DNA of 64,000 bases, taken from Eledone cirrhosa (Eukaryota). How positions within the stretch are numbered: the stretch's first letter is position 1; every line of letters begins with the position of its first letter. Of the stretch, positions 1 to 13,579 are shown piece by piece. The position numbers and the translations under genes were made by a program. The notes beneath the pieces are model-generated. The model was not told where the DNA came from, made no database searches, and worked only from the letters and a program-made list of their open reading frames with translations. Location: contig OZ024740.1 in assembly GCA_964016885.1 (NCBI GenBank), forward strand, positions 333,126,001 through 333,190,000. The letters are read 5' to 3'.

Positions 1-345
1 TAGCATGCGTTCAATGTTGATGCACAGAGATGCACTGAGGCTGCGACACATCCAGCGTTTGCTTGCCAGTGAACAAGTGTGGTTGACATTTATCAGATGC
101 GTTTTCTCCCCCACTAATCTCTTTTTCGCAGCTGCAGTCAGGGGACAGGTGAAGATCGGATGCGGGCACTTTGTAAATGAAAAGTCATGAAGAGCTCACA
201 GCCCACTGCCAGGTGGTCAACGTTGTCAGTGGAGATTCCTCTTTGGCGTTCATTAGAGAATTATTGGCTGGTAAATTCGACGATGTTCCGGAGCATTGTC
301 GGTTCAGATCCCTTGAATACTTTCCACAAATTTATGACAAAAGAG
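1..345 (+). mobile_element. Degenerate Tx1-like LINE ORF2 fragment (post-RT region)
   Basis: Translation MHRDALRLRHIQRLLASEQVW matches MRKHALRLRHLYVFLTGQPVW of the element at 29-35 kb. Confidence 0.65.
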
Positions 346-1097
346 ATTTTGTGATGATTAAGATTTAAACGGCTGAATGGAACCCTTTCTCTTCTGACAA
401 GACCTAATAATTGTTTTCAAGTTTCACTACAAAAGAAAATGAACGGTGGAGAGGGAAAATCTGTGTCAGAGAAAATACGTTAAAATGTCGGTGAGAGTTC
501 CAAAGATAGTTGCAGTGAAGGGGACTGTTTTGATTATGCATCTGTAGATTGAAGGGCAACTGAGAGAAGACATTCGTTGGTTTTGTGACTAGTAGCCTTG
601 GTATGTATCCACATTATTGGGTCAACGTCTTTGATTATGCTGCTAAACATTTTATTTTTGTTTCAGCTATTCCTCTTTATTTTTGTAAAACATTGTTCTT
701 AATAAAAAAATAAAAAAAAACATTATTACAAAAATTCTAGACATTTCTGGTGCATTCTCTATTTTTAAACATTTTTCTTTATTATTATCAAAATATATTC
801 GATTCTGAGATCAATAGACAAAGTAGGCAAAGTACTTGCATTTGACCTCAACTGTGCATCGATAGTTATTTTTTAAACACCTGAATTACTGTAAATTCAA
901 TTTACTTTCTATAACACTCACACTCATGCTGTTCAAATGTACCCAATGCAACAACTCACCCTTTTAGTAATGTCTCTTTTTCTCCCTCCTGGACTCTTTT
1001 TTCCTCTCTTGTTTTCGTTGTTTTCTACTACCGAATGCATTTTTGCCTTCTTTCTTTTTCTATATCTCCCTAGCTGAATAACACACTACTACTACTG

Positions 1098-1131
<34 letters not shown>

Positions 1132-1868
1132 AATAGTTATTATTGTATGTTTGTGTATGTGTATACATCTGTCTGCCTCACTCTTTTTTCTCGCTCTTAT
1201 TCACTCTCTCTCTCACACATTCACTCACAGACAGTCTCTCTCTTTTTCTTTCTCACTCCCATTCTGTGCCAAACATTGACGTGTACGTAGGAAACTTAAT
1301 GTGGCTTCATAAGATTGAGTTTTAACCAGTTTTACTGTATGATTTCTTTTTCCATTTAGAATATTTTGCAAACAATGGTCTTAATTATATTGGGATATCC
1401 ATCACAATAATTGGAATACACCTAATGTCTCTTTTGGTCAAACAATTCTTTTTATGTATGTGGAAAATCTATAAAAAAAATATGTTGACACGAGGTGCAC
1501 GGAAAGGTTTGAATATGAAATTAGTATCACAGACGCTGAAAAAAAATCTGCCACAGTGATACGCAATAAAATTACTGAAATGGATTTACAAAAAGACAAA
1601 AACGCTTTACAGACATACACAAAATGGAAATGTATCGACATAAACTCAAAGGCATAGATATTAACAGAGAGAAGTTTACGGGAACAAATGATAATTTCGG
1701 TAACATAAATAAAAGCAATAAGAAGAAAACGTACACACACACAAACACATTGACATTAACACATAGACACAAATGTCGTTCTTCAACGTAGTATCTAATA
1801 TTCAAGAGATATTTCTTCATATGAAATCACTTGGCTGGGAATCAGTAACGCTGTGATGTATATATGCA

Positions 1869-1987
1869 TATTAAAATAACAGATTAAAGTTTAAGCAAAG
1901 AATCGCCGTTTTCACCATTAACGGGATCTCCTGAAACTAGTTCAGAGCAGCGATTCTTTGCTTAAACATTAATCTGTTATTTTAATA
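1869..1987. repeat. Small fold-back element with ~38-bp inverted arms and a possible HHR remnant
   Basis: tattaaaataacagattaaagtttaagcaaagaatcgc pairs with gcgattctttgcttaaacattaatctgttattttaata; spacer contains GAAACTAGTT but no CTGANGA. Confidence 0.8.
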
Positions 1988-2089
1988 AATATTTGCTCTA
2001 CAATTTTTATATATATTTATATATATATATATATATATATTATCCTTATCGAGCCCTCTCCGGATTTTAGTCTTCACATTTATTATTAT

Positions 2090-2147
<58 letters not shown>

Positions 2148-2154
2148 GCATTAT

Positions 2155-2470
2155 AATAATTGTTTCTACTTTTGGCAGAATTACCCAGTGCATTACTGGT
2201 ACTTTATTTTATCGACCCCGTAAGGATGAGAGGCAAAGTTAATCTGCCGAGGTTAACTTTTTATAATAATGGTTTCTTATATAGGCACAAGGACAGCGAT
2301 TTGGGAGGAAGGGAAGGCTATTAAATCGACACCAGTGCCTGACTGGTACTTTATTTTACCGACCCCGTAAGGATGAAAGGCAAATTTAACATCGGCAGGA
2401 TTTAAACTGCCGTAACTCTATGCTGCAAAGCATGGTGTCCGACCCTCTACCGATACTGCCAATCCACCGT
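2155..2470 (-). mobile_element. Two adjacent tRNA-derived SINE copies (one 3'-partial, one near full)
   Basis: Two copies of ctggtactttatttta(t/c)cgaccccgtaaggatga(a/g)aggcaaa; head ...cgatactgccaatccaccg. Confidence 0.85.
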
Positions 2471-2700
2471 CCTTTCAGGTATTAGTAGCATTCGTTCCAT
2501 AAAATTATAAAATGTTTGTTCTCTCAACAATTTCAGATATTTTAATCAATCGTTTTCAGATATTTTTCGTGTTACCTCAATATATGGCACACAAGATTAC
2601 ATTTATGATGTATTGTCAGAGCATGAAACCTAATGCTGTGCCATTACTCCTTCTGTGCACAAATCATTGTAGAAGCACACGCATATACAAACATACACAA

Positions 2701-2734
<34 letters not shown>

Positions 2735-2764
2735 CTGTGTGTGTGTGTGTATGTATGTGGGTGC

Positions 2765-2825
<61 letters not shown>

Positions 2826-2847
2826 ATGTGTATGTGTGTGCGTGTAT

Positions 2848-2898
<51 letters not shown>

Positions 2899-2902
<4 letters not shown>

Positions 2903-3495
2903 GTGTAAAATTCCCGAGATCCATCGATGAGTTCTCTCCAGCTGTCTATGTCCCTCATCATCGCTGCCATGTCCTGCGTCTCCATGGAACTGGTGTCTGT
3001 CCTTAGGGCATCAACATATGTCAACCCCATTCTCCCTCTTCTAGTTTGGCCGTGCAGGGGCTCCCACAGGAGCACTGAGTGCAGTGTCAACTCTGGATGT
3101 ATGTGAGCATGTCCAGCTAATCTCAGTCTCTTCTGTGTTACTTTCGAGCTGACTTTTGGGAGTCTCCCGTACAGCTCTTATTTCTTCATCCTCAGTGTAT
3201 ACTGATTAATGTTCAGAGCCATTCTCAGCATTCTAGTGTAGCACCCATCCACCATCTGAGTGAGCGTTTTGTTCAGTGTCCAAGTCTCAGACCCGTACAG
3301 ACTCTACTGCACAGAATTCCCTACATCAACGAAGAGACGGATCTTCAGGTCTTTACGAAGTTCCGACTTCCACACCGATCTCAATCTGTGACACGCCTTC
3401 CATGCTTTGCTCTTCCTCTCAACCAACCACATGTGTTTCCAATGTTTCCTCTGTGTTTCCAACCTTTGCTCCCAAATACAGGAAGTCCTCAACCA
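2899..3495 (-). mobile_element. RTE-clade LINE 3' fragment
   Basis: SVLLWEPLHGQTRRGRMGLTYVDALRTDT...DSWRELI is typical of RTE C-termini; upstream YGSETWTL-like coding; ends at (TA)n. Confidence 0.8.
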
Positions 3496-4566
3496 ATCCT
3501 AGTGGCCGAATACGTTTTACTAACTACTTATAGCAGACGTGTTAAAACCCTTTAATTCTGTATCAGTTCTGGTACTACTTAATTTCTACAAGTTTGTGTA
3601 TTGCTGGTATCCTATATATAGTTGACAATGCAAAGTGGTAATTAATTCTATATAGATTGTTATTTTAATGTTACTTACTCTTACTTTTAGACATATGAAC
3701 TATTTATGTTCAGGCTCTCTCTAGCTTGTTTTCCGGATAATGACATTTCCTTTCCTGTAATTATATGCAGATATAGTTTTCCTTCCTTAAAATGTATACG
3801 CATTTTGCCTAGTTTTATGTATTTATATAATTTTAATCAAATGCTCTTGACACTGTATTGGCTTCACTTTTTCTCTTTATATAGAAATATATGTGTACCA
3901 ACCTCGAATTATTAAGTGGTTATCTGTAAATTACTACAGAGCCTAGCTATATGAGACACAACATATAAACGAACACACATTTTTCATGAATCACACAAAC
4001 AAATATATCATTTGGAGTAAAGTCATGCGATTTTAAAAACTCCATTTAAATCAAACGAATCAAATATAAATGCAACCTGGATGCATATTATTTATTACCT
4101 AATACTGGCTTCATCCTAGCCTTCGAACAAATATTTTAAACTTGCTATGTTTTTGTTTTCCTGTTGTTTTCTTTCTTTAAATTGCGGGAATTTAAAAAAT
4201 GTACTTTTGTATATACATATATGGAAATATATATTTCAATCAAATCAGATATAAAGACTTCTAGGTTTTTTGTGACTCTCTCTTAAATTTGATTTAATAA
4301 TGTTGAAATATGAATGGAAACTATATGCAGTTGACTCCTTGATTCTTGTTTATTGATTTGCCGGAAATTATAAATAAATGACCTATACCCCCCCCCCCCC
4401 CCCACGCACACACACACCCACACATCCACACACACACACACGCACACTCACACAACCCCCCCCACACACACACATTTATATATATAAGCAAAAGGGCTTG
4501 AAATATATATATAATAGAATAAATATGGTTTTATAAATATATTTTCTATTTATTTAATATCATTGA

Positions 4567-4661
<95 letters not shown>

Positions 4662-7600
4662 GATCAGTATAAGAAACAGAGAAAATCAAACGAAGAATCA
4701 ACGTCAGTGTGTACTATTAGTAGTTAAGTGAGTGTATGATTTTGAATTCTTGCTAACCAGCTTGAATTCCCTAGTGAAATGTGTCTAGGAAATATTTTAA
4801 AGCCCCAATTTTATTTGTAATATTCTGGCATTGACTTACTTCAATCGCGAGTGTTTCTTTATCCAATGGGAGGATACCGGATTGTTTAGATATAGTTTTG
4901 AGACTATCAGGCACGTCTAGTTCCCATGTAAATTTAAATGAAATATTAGGGGACTTAGACAGTGTTATATGTTGGAGGACGAAACATGTGTATACCTTTA
5001 TGTTGTGTACCGTTTCATTTATTATATATGCATTTGAGTGTCTTTGAGTCATCCTCTAACGCCAATTGGCGTTTGGTATCAATTATAGAGGATATTTTGG
5101 AAACAGCATTATTCAAATATATAATACAGAATCCGCGATATTATATATTGTTTTACAAACCCGTTTCAGTTAATTGCTAAAACATTCATTTCCTAGAGAG
5201 CGAATGAACCTTATTTATCGTTTGTTTGTATCTAGCAGTTTCAGTAACCATAAAGTGTCATATATTTTCCTCTAAGCAAACTATTGTATTAAACTCGACA
5301 CTCAGAACTCATGGAAGCTGGTGATTACAAGGATGTTTATAGCAACCAATGCTCTGTTTCTGAATTAGCAACAGTTATCATTGTAAGATGTTTTGTGGTA
5401 TCATTATTGTATCGACAAACACAAAGGGGAAATCGCTCACTAAAGACAGATTTTGCTTGCAGAGATATTAAACGTCAATAACAGCCATTGATGTAATGCA
5501 TTAACACTTGATTCAGACACATCCATCGTTTTATCGTCTCATGAAAAAAATATCGCTTTCTTCTAGTTGAAATAATGTATGTAATAAATGTTGATAAATC
5601 ATATATCAAGTGATATCAGGATGTTTGTGTAAAACTATTTGCTTACTAAAGCGGAATATCTACAAAGTATTTGAACAGTCTGGTATTGGCAAACGAATAT
5701 ATTAGTTTATACATACATACATACATAATACCACAATTAAGACAATGTTGCGTTTTTGCAGCGAAGTCAAACGTTCTGCATAATTCTTTGAAGTATCGTA
5801 ATTATCAGTGAAAAAGGACGTTCTACAGGCAGCGATTCAGCACTAAGTATTATTTGTTTTGTTTTGGTGAAAACATAAATATTTACGTTGGATATAAAAG
5901 CAATAAAATAGAAAAGACCAAGATATAATTCCCCGTTTTGTTTCACTATGCTAAAGAAAACAATAACTATATAACTCTTAATATGCCTCATAATTCCTCA
6001 AGGATATCATTTATGTTCATCTCTCTGGTATAACGTATGAGAATTCTATCAATCTATATACCTGCATATATTCAAATATATTTATGCATGTAGCGTACAT
6101 ATTCAAGATATGGTATCTAGAAGTAACATATTAACTGTTCTTGACATGTGAGAGTACTAGATTGTTCGCATATATTCAGTTTGATGCAACAGAAATTGTC
6201 ATAGTATTTCTGTCGTTGTAAGGTTTGCACGAGAAATTCTTGATACAAAGCTGAATGCGACATTTCAGTATGGAGAGTGTACAAATGATTTTCTTCCAAG
6301 TGTCACCTATAGGATCATTCACCGAATTGAATTAAAAAGCAAACCATAAGTACATGGATGCGTTTCCATTAATAAGTATTGCTTGCAGAGATATTAAACG
6401 TCAATAACAGCCACAATGTTATTTCAAACACTATCTAATATGAAAGAAAACAAAAGTAGACCTTCTCAGAAGCCAAACATAAATATATACTATTCAACAT
6501 TATGATATTGGATATGAAATTAATACATTCGCCGCTTGGTTTTAATTAACCTTGTAAAAGGGAGACATAATTATATAGGCCTACCATTGAATATGTAACC
6601 ATTTGTTGGAACAGCAAGGTATCAGAATATCTTCAATTCAATTTATTTAGTTTTTACACAATAATTCATATTCATACGTCTAAATTACTGGAGGGGTTCT
6701 AAGAAATAACCACGCGCACATTATTTTAGAGAGAAAAAAAAGGAGTTATTGTATTACTGTTAAGTCGTCTTCCTCTATATTATTTCGCTATTTTGAAATA
6801 CAGATACGTATATGCATACATACTAGCATACATACTAGCTGCATCTTTACCTTTTCTTCTTTCAAGATCAAACTGATTCCTTGATTCCTGCATATCCCTA
6901 ACACACTTCCACACTTTCTCACTCACTATTTCTTTGGAAGAAATTAACAATGTTCAGCCTTGAAAAGGTATAGGATTCGGCAGGTTTGAATGCCCCAAAT
7001 GCCATCGTATAGCGTTAGGCACCCCAAGAAATCACCGAAAAATACAACAGAGGTAATTACCTAAAGCGTTTCTTGGGTACTAGATATATATTGTGGAGGT
7101 AGAGCTTCGTGTGCAAGGTGGACCTTTTGAGGTTTCAGTGTGTTAGAAAAACATTATAGAAAACAAGCTTTTATACTGAAGGTGTAGATGAGATATGTGT
7201 GTAAGTTTGTGTTTTGTGACTGTCTATTTGTCATAATAGGTACTTTTAATTGAAGACTATGCATTTTAAAAGCAATGCGTGTAACGATTGAGAAAGAGGG
7301 CTCTTGTATCTGGGCATATGTTCGTAGTAGGTAGCCGTTTTAAAATGTTTCACATTCATTGCTGGTCAATTTACATGCCTTTTGTGAGACAACAAATTAA
7401 ATCTTTACCCAGCGAAACGTGCGTACTACACAGATAGGAATGTTGTTAATTTAACCACATTATAAAACCGCCAGCACCGAAACGTTTCCTGCCAAATTAC
7501 ATTACATATACTAACATTACCTAATTCTACACACGGCGTTTCCATATTGACCAACACCAGCACCAGCAGATCGGAATCATAGAAACGTGTGTATCGGTCC

Positions 7601-7855
7601 GAGTAACTCAAATTTCCTACCCCAACAAAATCGTCTTCCTCACTGATTAATGTTTAAGTGTACACACTAATCGGTTGGGTTCGAATTCCAAAATATCGTA
7701 TTTAATTAAAGTGAGTGAGGACACGACCGAATCTGAGTCTATTGCATTCGATAAACTTCGTTACATATACATATATATAATGAAGAACCTGTACGATTTG
7801 AAATTTTAAAATGTTGATATCCAAACACTGCGTCGCTACAATAATAATGGTAATG

Positions 7856-7905
<50 letters not shown>

Positions 7906-8496
7906 GCTGCACCTTCTTCACATTAGAATTAAGGTAGTAACTACGTGTGAAATAGTCCGATAGGACATTTGACACTGCGGAATAATGCTATTATATACGA
8001 CAGTTGTTCTGTCATTTAAATGGCTTGAATAATTCTTCCAAGTTAAAATTGGTAAAGTTATAATAAACGATCAAATTCCAAATGTATATATACTTATGAA
8101 ATACCGTTTCGCAAGTGCAATTTCCATCACTAAATACACGTCAGTCCTTTTTCCGCCTCATGTAATATGTTTCAATTCCATATATAGCTTATGAGTGATG
8201 AAACACGGAATGATATTGCATTCATACTATCCAAGGAAGATTGTGGAGGACACGGATTTAATAAAATTGTTGTGTAAATATTGGTTATAGCAAATTTCCT
8301 GTCTAGTCAGCAGAAGTCTGTTTTGACAAAAGAAACTAATTGAAGAAACTTACTTCATTGAAAATATTTGATATTAAGGGCCTAAATCAATACAACATAT
8401 ACAGCTAACTTAGAATATTTATAAGGGTTTGTTTAAAAACATTGTAAATCGATATGTCGATTTTGGTTGTCACTATGAGCATATATATATATACTT

Positions 8497-11400
8497 CCTC
8501 CCCAAACTCCACAAACCCGACAACCCCGGCCGCCCCATCGTCTCCGCTTGCAACTGCCCCACCGAACTCATCTCCGCCTTTCTCGACTCCATCCTCGCCT
8601 CCCCTTGTCACCACCCTCCCCTCCCACATCTCCGACACCAACCATGCCCTGCGCCTTTTCGACTCCTTCACCTACCCACCCGGCCCACAGCCCTTCCTCT
8701 TCACCCTAGACATCAAGTCATCCCTCACGCCGACGGCCTACGCGCCCTCAAACACTACCTCGACCTTCGCCCCTCCCCCATTCCCTCCACCCCACCGTCC
8801 TTCGCCTCGCCGAGCTGGTCCTCACCCTCAACTGTTTCTCCTTCTCGGGTGAGTTTTACCAACAGGTCACGGGGGTAGCCATGGGTACAAGAATGGGCCC
8901 GAACTATGTCAACCTTTTTGTTGGCCATGTTGTGGCCCAAATCTTTTCCCAGTACACCAGCCCCACGCCCGAACTGTACGGTCGTTACATCGACGACTGT
9001 ATCGGAGCCACGACCCTCACCCGAGAACAGCTCGACTCCTTTCTCTCCTTCTTCTGATCCTTCCACCCCCCCTCCACTTCACCACCTCTATCTCCACCAC
9101 CCACGTCCACTTCTTAGACATCTCCGTCGCTTTCGACCCCTCCCAGCACTCCCTCGTCACCTCCGCCTTCTTCAAACACACCGACTCCCACTCTTACCTC
9201 GACTTCACCTCTTCCCACCCCACACACACTAAACACTCTATTCCCTACTCCCAACTCCTCTGGATCCGCGCCTCTGTAGCCGAGATGCCGACTTTGAGTC
9301 CCGGGCCCTTTCCCTAGTCAGCCATTTCATCCGCAGAGGTAACCCCCCACCCTCCCTCCCTCTCTCGTCCACACCGCTCTCACCCGCGCTCGTGCCGTCC
9401 ACCGCTCCACCACCCTCACCTCGCGCCACCGCACACCCACCCACCGTCTCCCCTTCCACATCACCTACCACCCCTCCACCATACCCCTCCACCGCACCAT
9501 CCTCCACCTCTTCCGACGCCTCCAGTCTGACCCATCCACCTCCCACATCTTCCCAGCCCCACAACTCCCCTCCTTCAAACGCGCACGCAATCTCCGCACC
9601 CTCCTCGTCCACAGCTCCCTACCCCCAACCCACGCTCTATCCCCCCCCCCCGGTTCATTTCCTTGTTCTAGGCCCCGCTGCAACACCTGTCCCAACATCA
9701 CCAACACCACCACCTTCCAGGGTCCCAACGGCCAATCTCTCTCTGTCCAGCATGCCTTCCGCTGCACCTCCTCCAACCTAGTCTACGGAATTCGCTGCAC
9801 GGTTTGCAGTGCGATTACGTCGGACAGACTGGACGTCGCCTGGCGGACAGATTTACTGAGCACCTCCGGGATATTCGTCTCGGTGATAATTCCCCCATCG
9901 CCCGCCACTTTGGTGCCCCTGGACATTCCGCACGCCATCTCACAGTCTGTGGCCTACTCCAATGCCACGGAACACCCGCCAATCTCCTAAGAGTTGAACA
10001 ACGAACCATCTTCATCTTACAGACCCACACTCCCCCCGGCCTGAACTCCCCACCCTTATTCATTTAGCCTTCGACCGCCCCCCTCCTCCCACACATATCA
10101 CCCACTAACACCACTAACACACCCCTCCTTTTCACCGCCCACCCCACAACTAACAATACTAACACCTCCACCCCACATCCGACCACCCTTCCCCAACTAA
10201 CATACTAACATCCCTCCCTTCTCCCCCCCCCTCCTTATCACACGCACACACCCACCGGCATATATATACACGCGCTCACACTAAACACACCCCCTACTAC
10301 CACCACTAACCCTCACCCCCACACATCCACCCCACCACCCCGCAACTAACATCACTAACACCCCGTGACCCCAAGCACACGAACACACACACCCACTTAC
10401 ACCACGCACCCTACACGCAACTAACATCACTAACACCCCCCAACCCTACGCACACGTACACACACACCCTCTTACACCACCCACTCTACATACCCTACCA
10501 CCACTGACCCTACACTCACACCCGCATTCAACCCTTTCTCCACCTCCTGTATACTAACACCCACTAACACCCCCTTCACCAACACACACACTAGTACACT
10601 ACACTCCCTCCATCGGCCCCCACCCCCTTTTCTCCCCGCTCCACCCACATCATTTCTCAAACACTCACTCATCCCACTAACACCTCTACTAATACACCTC
10701 CCTCTCCACTCCAACTTTCACACCTACCCATCCTCTCCCCTGTCCACCGCACACACTGACACACCTTCACTTACCATTCTACCCTACTGCTGCTATGCCC
10801 TCTGACCACCTCCCCGCACACACAGACACACAACACTCCTTCACTTACCATTCTACCCTACTGCTGCTATGCCCTCTGACCACTTCCCCGCACACACAGA
10901 CACACAACACTCCTCCTGCCTTGACCCTCTGACCAGTTCGTGTTGCGCGCGCACCCCACATCTCCGCTCTTCCGACCAATCTCTTCACGGATTACACTAT
11001 GTGAACCTTGATCCCGGAATCCACCACATCCAAGGATTTTACTAAGCATTCCACCACATCTTTTTACGGAATTACCTTTATGACTCCCCCCCCAAAAAAA
11101 AATTTCCCACACGCCACCTACACCCACAGCACGCATAAACACCACACACACACGTGCGTACCACCACATATTTACACATTCAGCCTCCGGAATCCTCTCC
11201 CCACCCCTCTATCCACAGACGGACACACACTCCGACCTACACCCACCCTACACACACCTCTTCCTAAACATGCAACCCCGTTCTTCCCCCAACCCTAGCT
11301 TTCACATACACACACACACACACGTACACCTACACACACACACTACCTTTAGCCCTCCCCGCTCTGACACCCCGTCTCCCTCTCCCCACTCCACCCGCCA

Positions 11401-11694
11401 CCACCCCTACACGCCCCACACCTTTCCACCACCTGTTTTACCCCATTTTAATTTTATTTTGATCATGCCTTTATTTTTAATTTCATTTGCACCGTTTCCT
11501 CTCGTCCCCTTTTTGCTATATGTCTCTCCACCACTCCCCTACACATCCTTTGAACTCTCTTCCCACACACTTTTCACCTGAAGAAGGGCTTATGCCCGAA
11601 ACGTCGTTCCCCACCACCAACCCACTCTCAAGAGCGTGAAATTAATAAACATTTGTTTGTACTGCCTCTCTGTTTAGTTCCCGTTCAATTTTTC

Positions 11695-11698
<4 letters not shown>
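8497..11698 (+). mobile_element. Penelope-like element (Neptune-like), 5'-truncated and frameshifted: RT + GIY-YIG + ~1.6-kb C/A-rich 3' region with HHR
   Basis: LPKLHKPDNPGRPIVS, FTLDIKS, QVTGVAMGTRMGPNY, RYIDD; Cys linker CSRPRCNTC; NLVYGIRC..YVGQTGRRLADRFTEH; AATAAA near 11644; flanked by (TA)n. Confidence 0.92.
11578..11605 (+). ncRNA. Minimal type I hammerhead ribozyme motif in PLE 3' terminal repeat
   Basis: CTGAAGA-A-GGGC-TTAT-GCCC-GAAA-C-GTC; stem I weak. Confidence 0.75.
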
Positions 11699-11780
<82 letters not shown>

Positions 11781-12195
11781 ATATATATATATAAAGATTT
11801 ACATATTCATAAACTAGACAAAGTCACAGATATATATGTTTTGGCAACCATTCACGATGTGGCTCAATGATGAATTAATAAATTAAATAATCAGAGCAAT
11901 ATACTATAAAGTATGTCCATAGAATCATTTGATAATATATATACACGATTTCCTCTCCCAATTAGCATAATCAACCACACAAAAAAACAATTAAACCAGG
12001 CTATAAGATTAAAATGCCCCTATGACGAAATAGTAGAATCTATTCGCGATCTACCGCTATATTTCAATAGCACGTGGAAATCTATTAAATATACCCTCAA
12101 CCATACACAATTAGGTATAAAATTAAAGTTAGAAGAAAAAATGCATATATATGGTGTATATATATTATCAAATGATTCTATGGACATACTTTATA

Positions 12196-12256
<61 letters not shown>

Positions 12257-12789
12257 ACACTTTGGGAGGGTCATGTTACCAATAAGAAACACACGCACCA
12301 ATTGCTTTCACTTCAATTTATTATAATAAATTTATAAATTTAGGAATTTATAAATGTCCGGTTGGTTGGTTCTACAACCAGATGATTGTTTATATATTGT
12401 CAAAGTTCTTTCGTCACACATTCTGTGACCTCTTCAGTGACTGGGGATTTTTTTCTTTGTTTTTGTGCCTCTCCTTTCTTCTGTCCTACGCCATCTTGTT
12501 TTTGTGTGTGTTGTGTGCTTAGTTTGCGCATGTGTTACATCCGGGTGTCTGTGTGTGTTTATATTTGTTTATTTATTTGTTTATTTACATGTTACTGATT
12601 GGTTGTTTGTTCTATGTGCGCGTGTGTTTTCATTTTATCCTTAATTGTAAGGTGTGATGTTGCTGTTCCATTTATGTTTTCTATTTAATTTTGGTTGGTG
12701 TTCATTTATGTTTATTGCCTCTGTGATTTGTCTAAACATTGCGTTTTTTATATATAAATATATATATATTTTCTTTTATCCTTCTATGT

Positions 12790-12940
12790 TGTTTACTTGT
12801 CCCCCTCGCTTTACGCGATTTACTGGTCCTGATAACCTTTTTTAGTTATTGCTCGCACCAAACTGAGGTATATGATTTTTAATGCGATGAAATACCAATG
12901 ATGGTTGGAAAATCATTGACGAAGGACTATTTTTATCATA
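12790..12940 (+). repeat. Dispersed repeat homologous to 53210-53357
   Basis: Shared ttgctcgcaccaa..gaggtatatg..tttaa..atgaaataccaatga.gg.tggaa.atca.tga.ga.ggact. Confidence 0.75.
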
Positions 12941-12999
12941 TGTAACCCATGTTCAACCACGCAGTATTCTTCTTTCTTCTCATGTTTTATATATATATA

Positions 13000-13129
<130 letters not shown>

Positions 13130-13579
13130 ACATATATATACATATATATATATAAGTTGACAAGATATCGTTTAAGGTAATCGACGTAGTGGTTATGAGG
13201 ACGCTGTATCGAGGATAGTTTTAACGTTCGCCGTTGTTTGACTCAACAAGATTTTTCCTTAATTGTGGTGTTCGTGTGGCCGATTCAATACAGTTCTTAG
13301 GTAAGTGGTTCTTGGAGTAATAATAGTAAATGAGTGAAGAATAACACGGATCGGTTGTACAATAGAGTTCATGAAAAGTAATAAATAATGTTTCATTAGT
13401 CTAGTGTGTCTAAAAACTGCTGTTCGTAAAATGCTACGTCACTCCATATTTATTACAGTTGATACCCGACCAAATATTCAGAATACTGATTTGTGTACAT
13501 GATAAAGTGCGCTAGTATGTATAGATTCATGAAACATAACAATAATAAATGCAATAATGATAATGATAATGATAATGAT

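Noticed and set aside
2512-2930. Many ORFs rich in YI/HT/CV/LS/RE dipeptides, here and throughout the window
   Set aside because: Translations of (TA)n, (CA)n and (GA)n microsatellites, not genes
4771-5052. 93-aa minus-strand ORF with protein-like composition
   Set aside because: No recognisable motif or convincing splice context; could be an exon or transposon relic but cannot be supported
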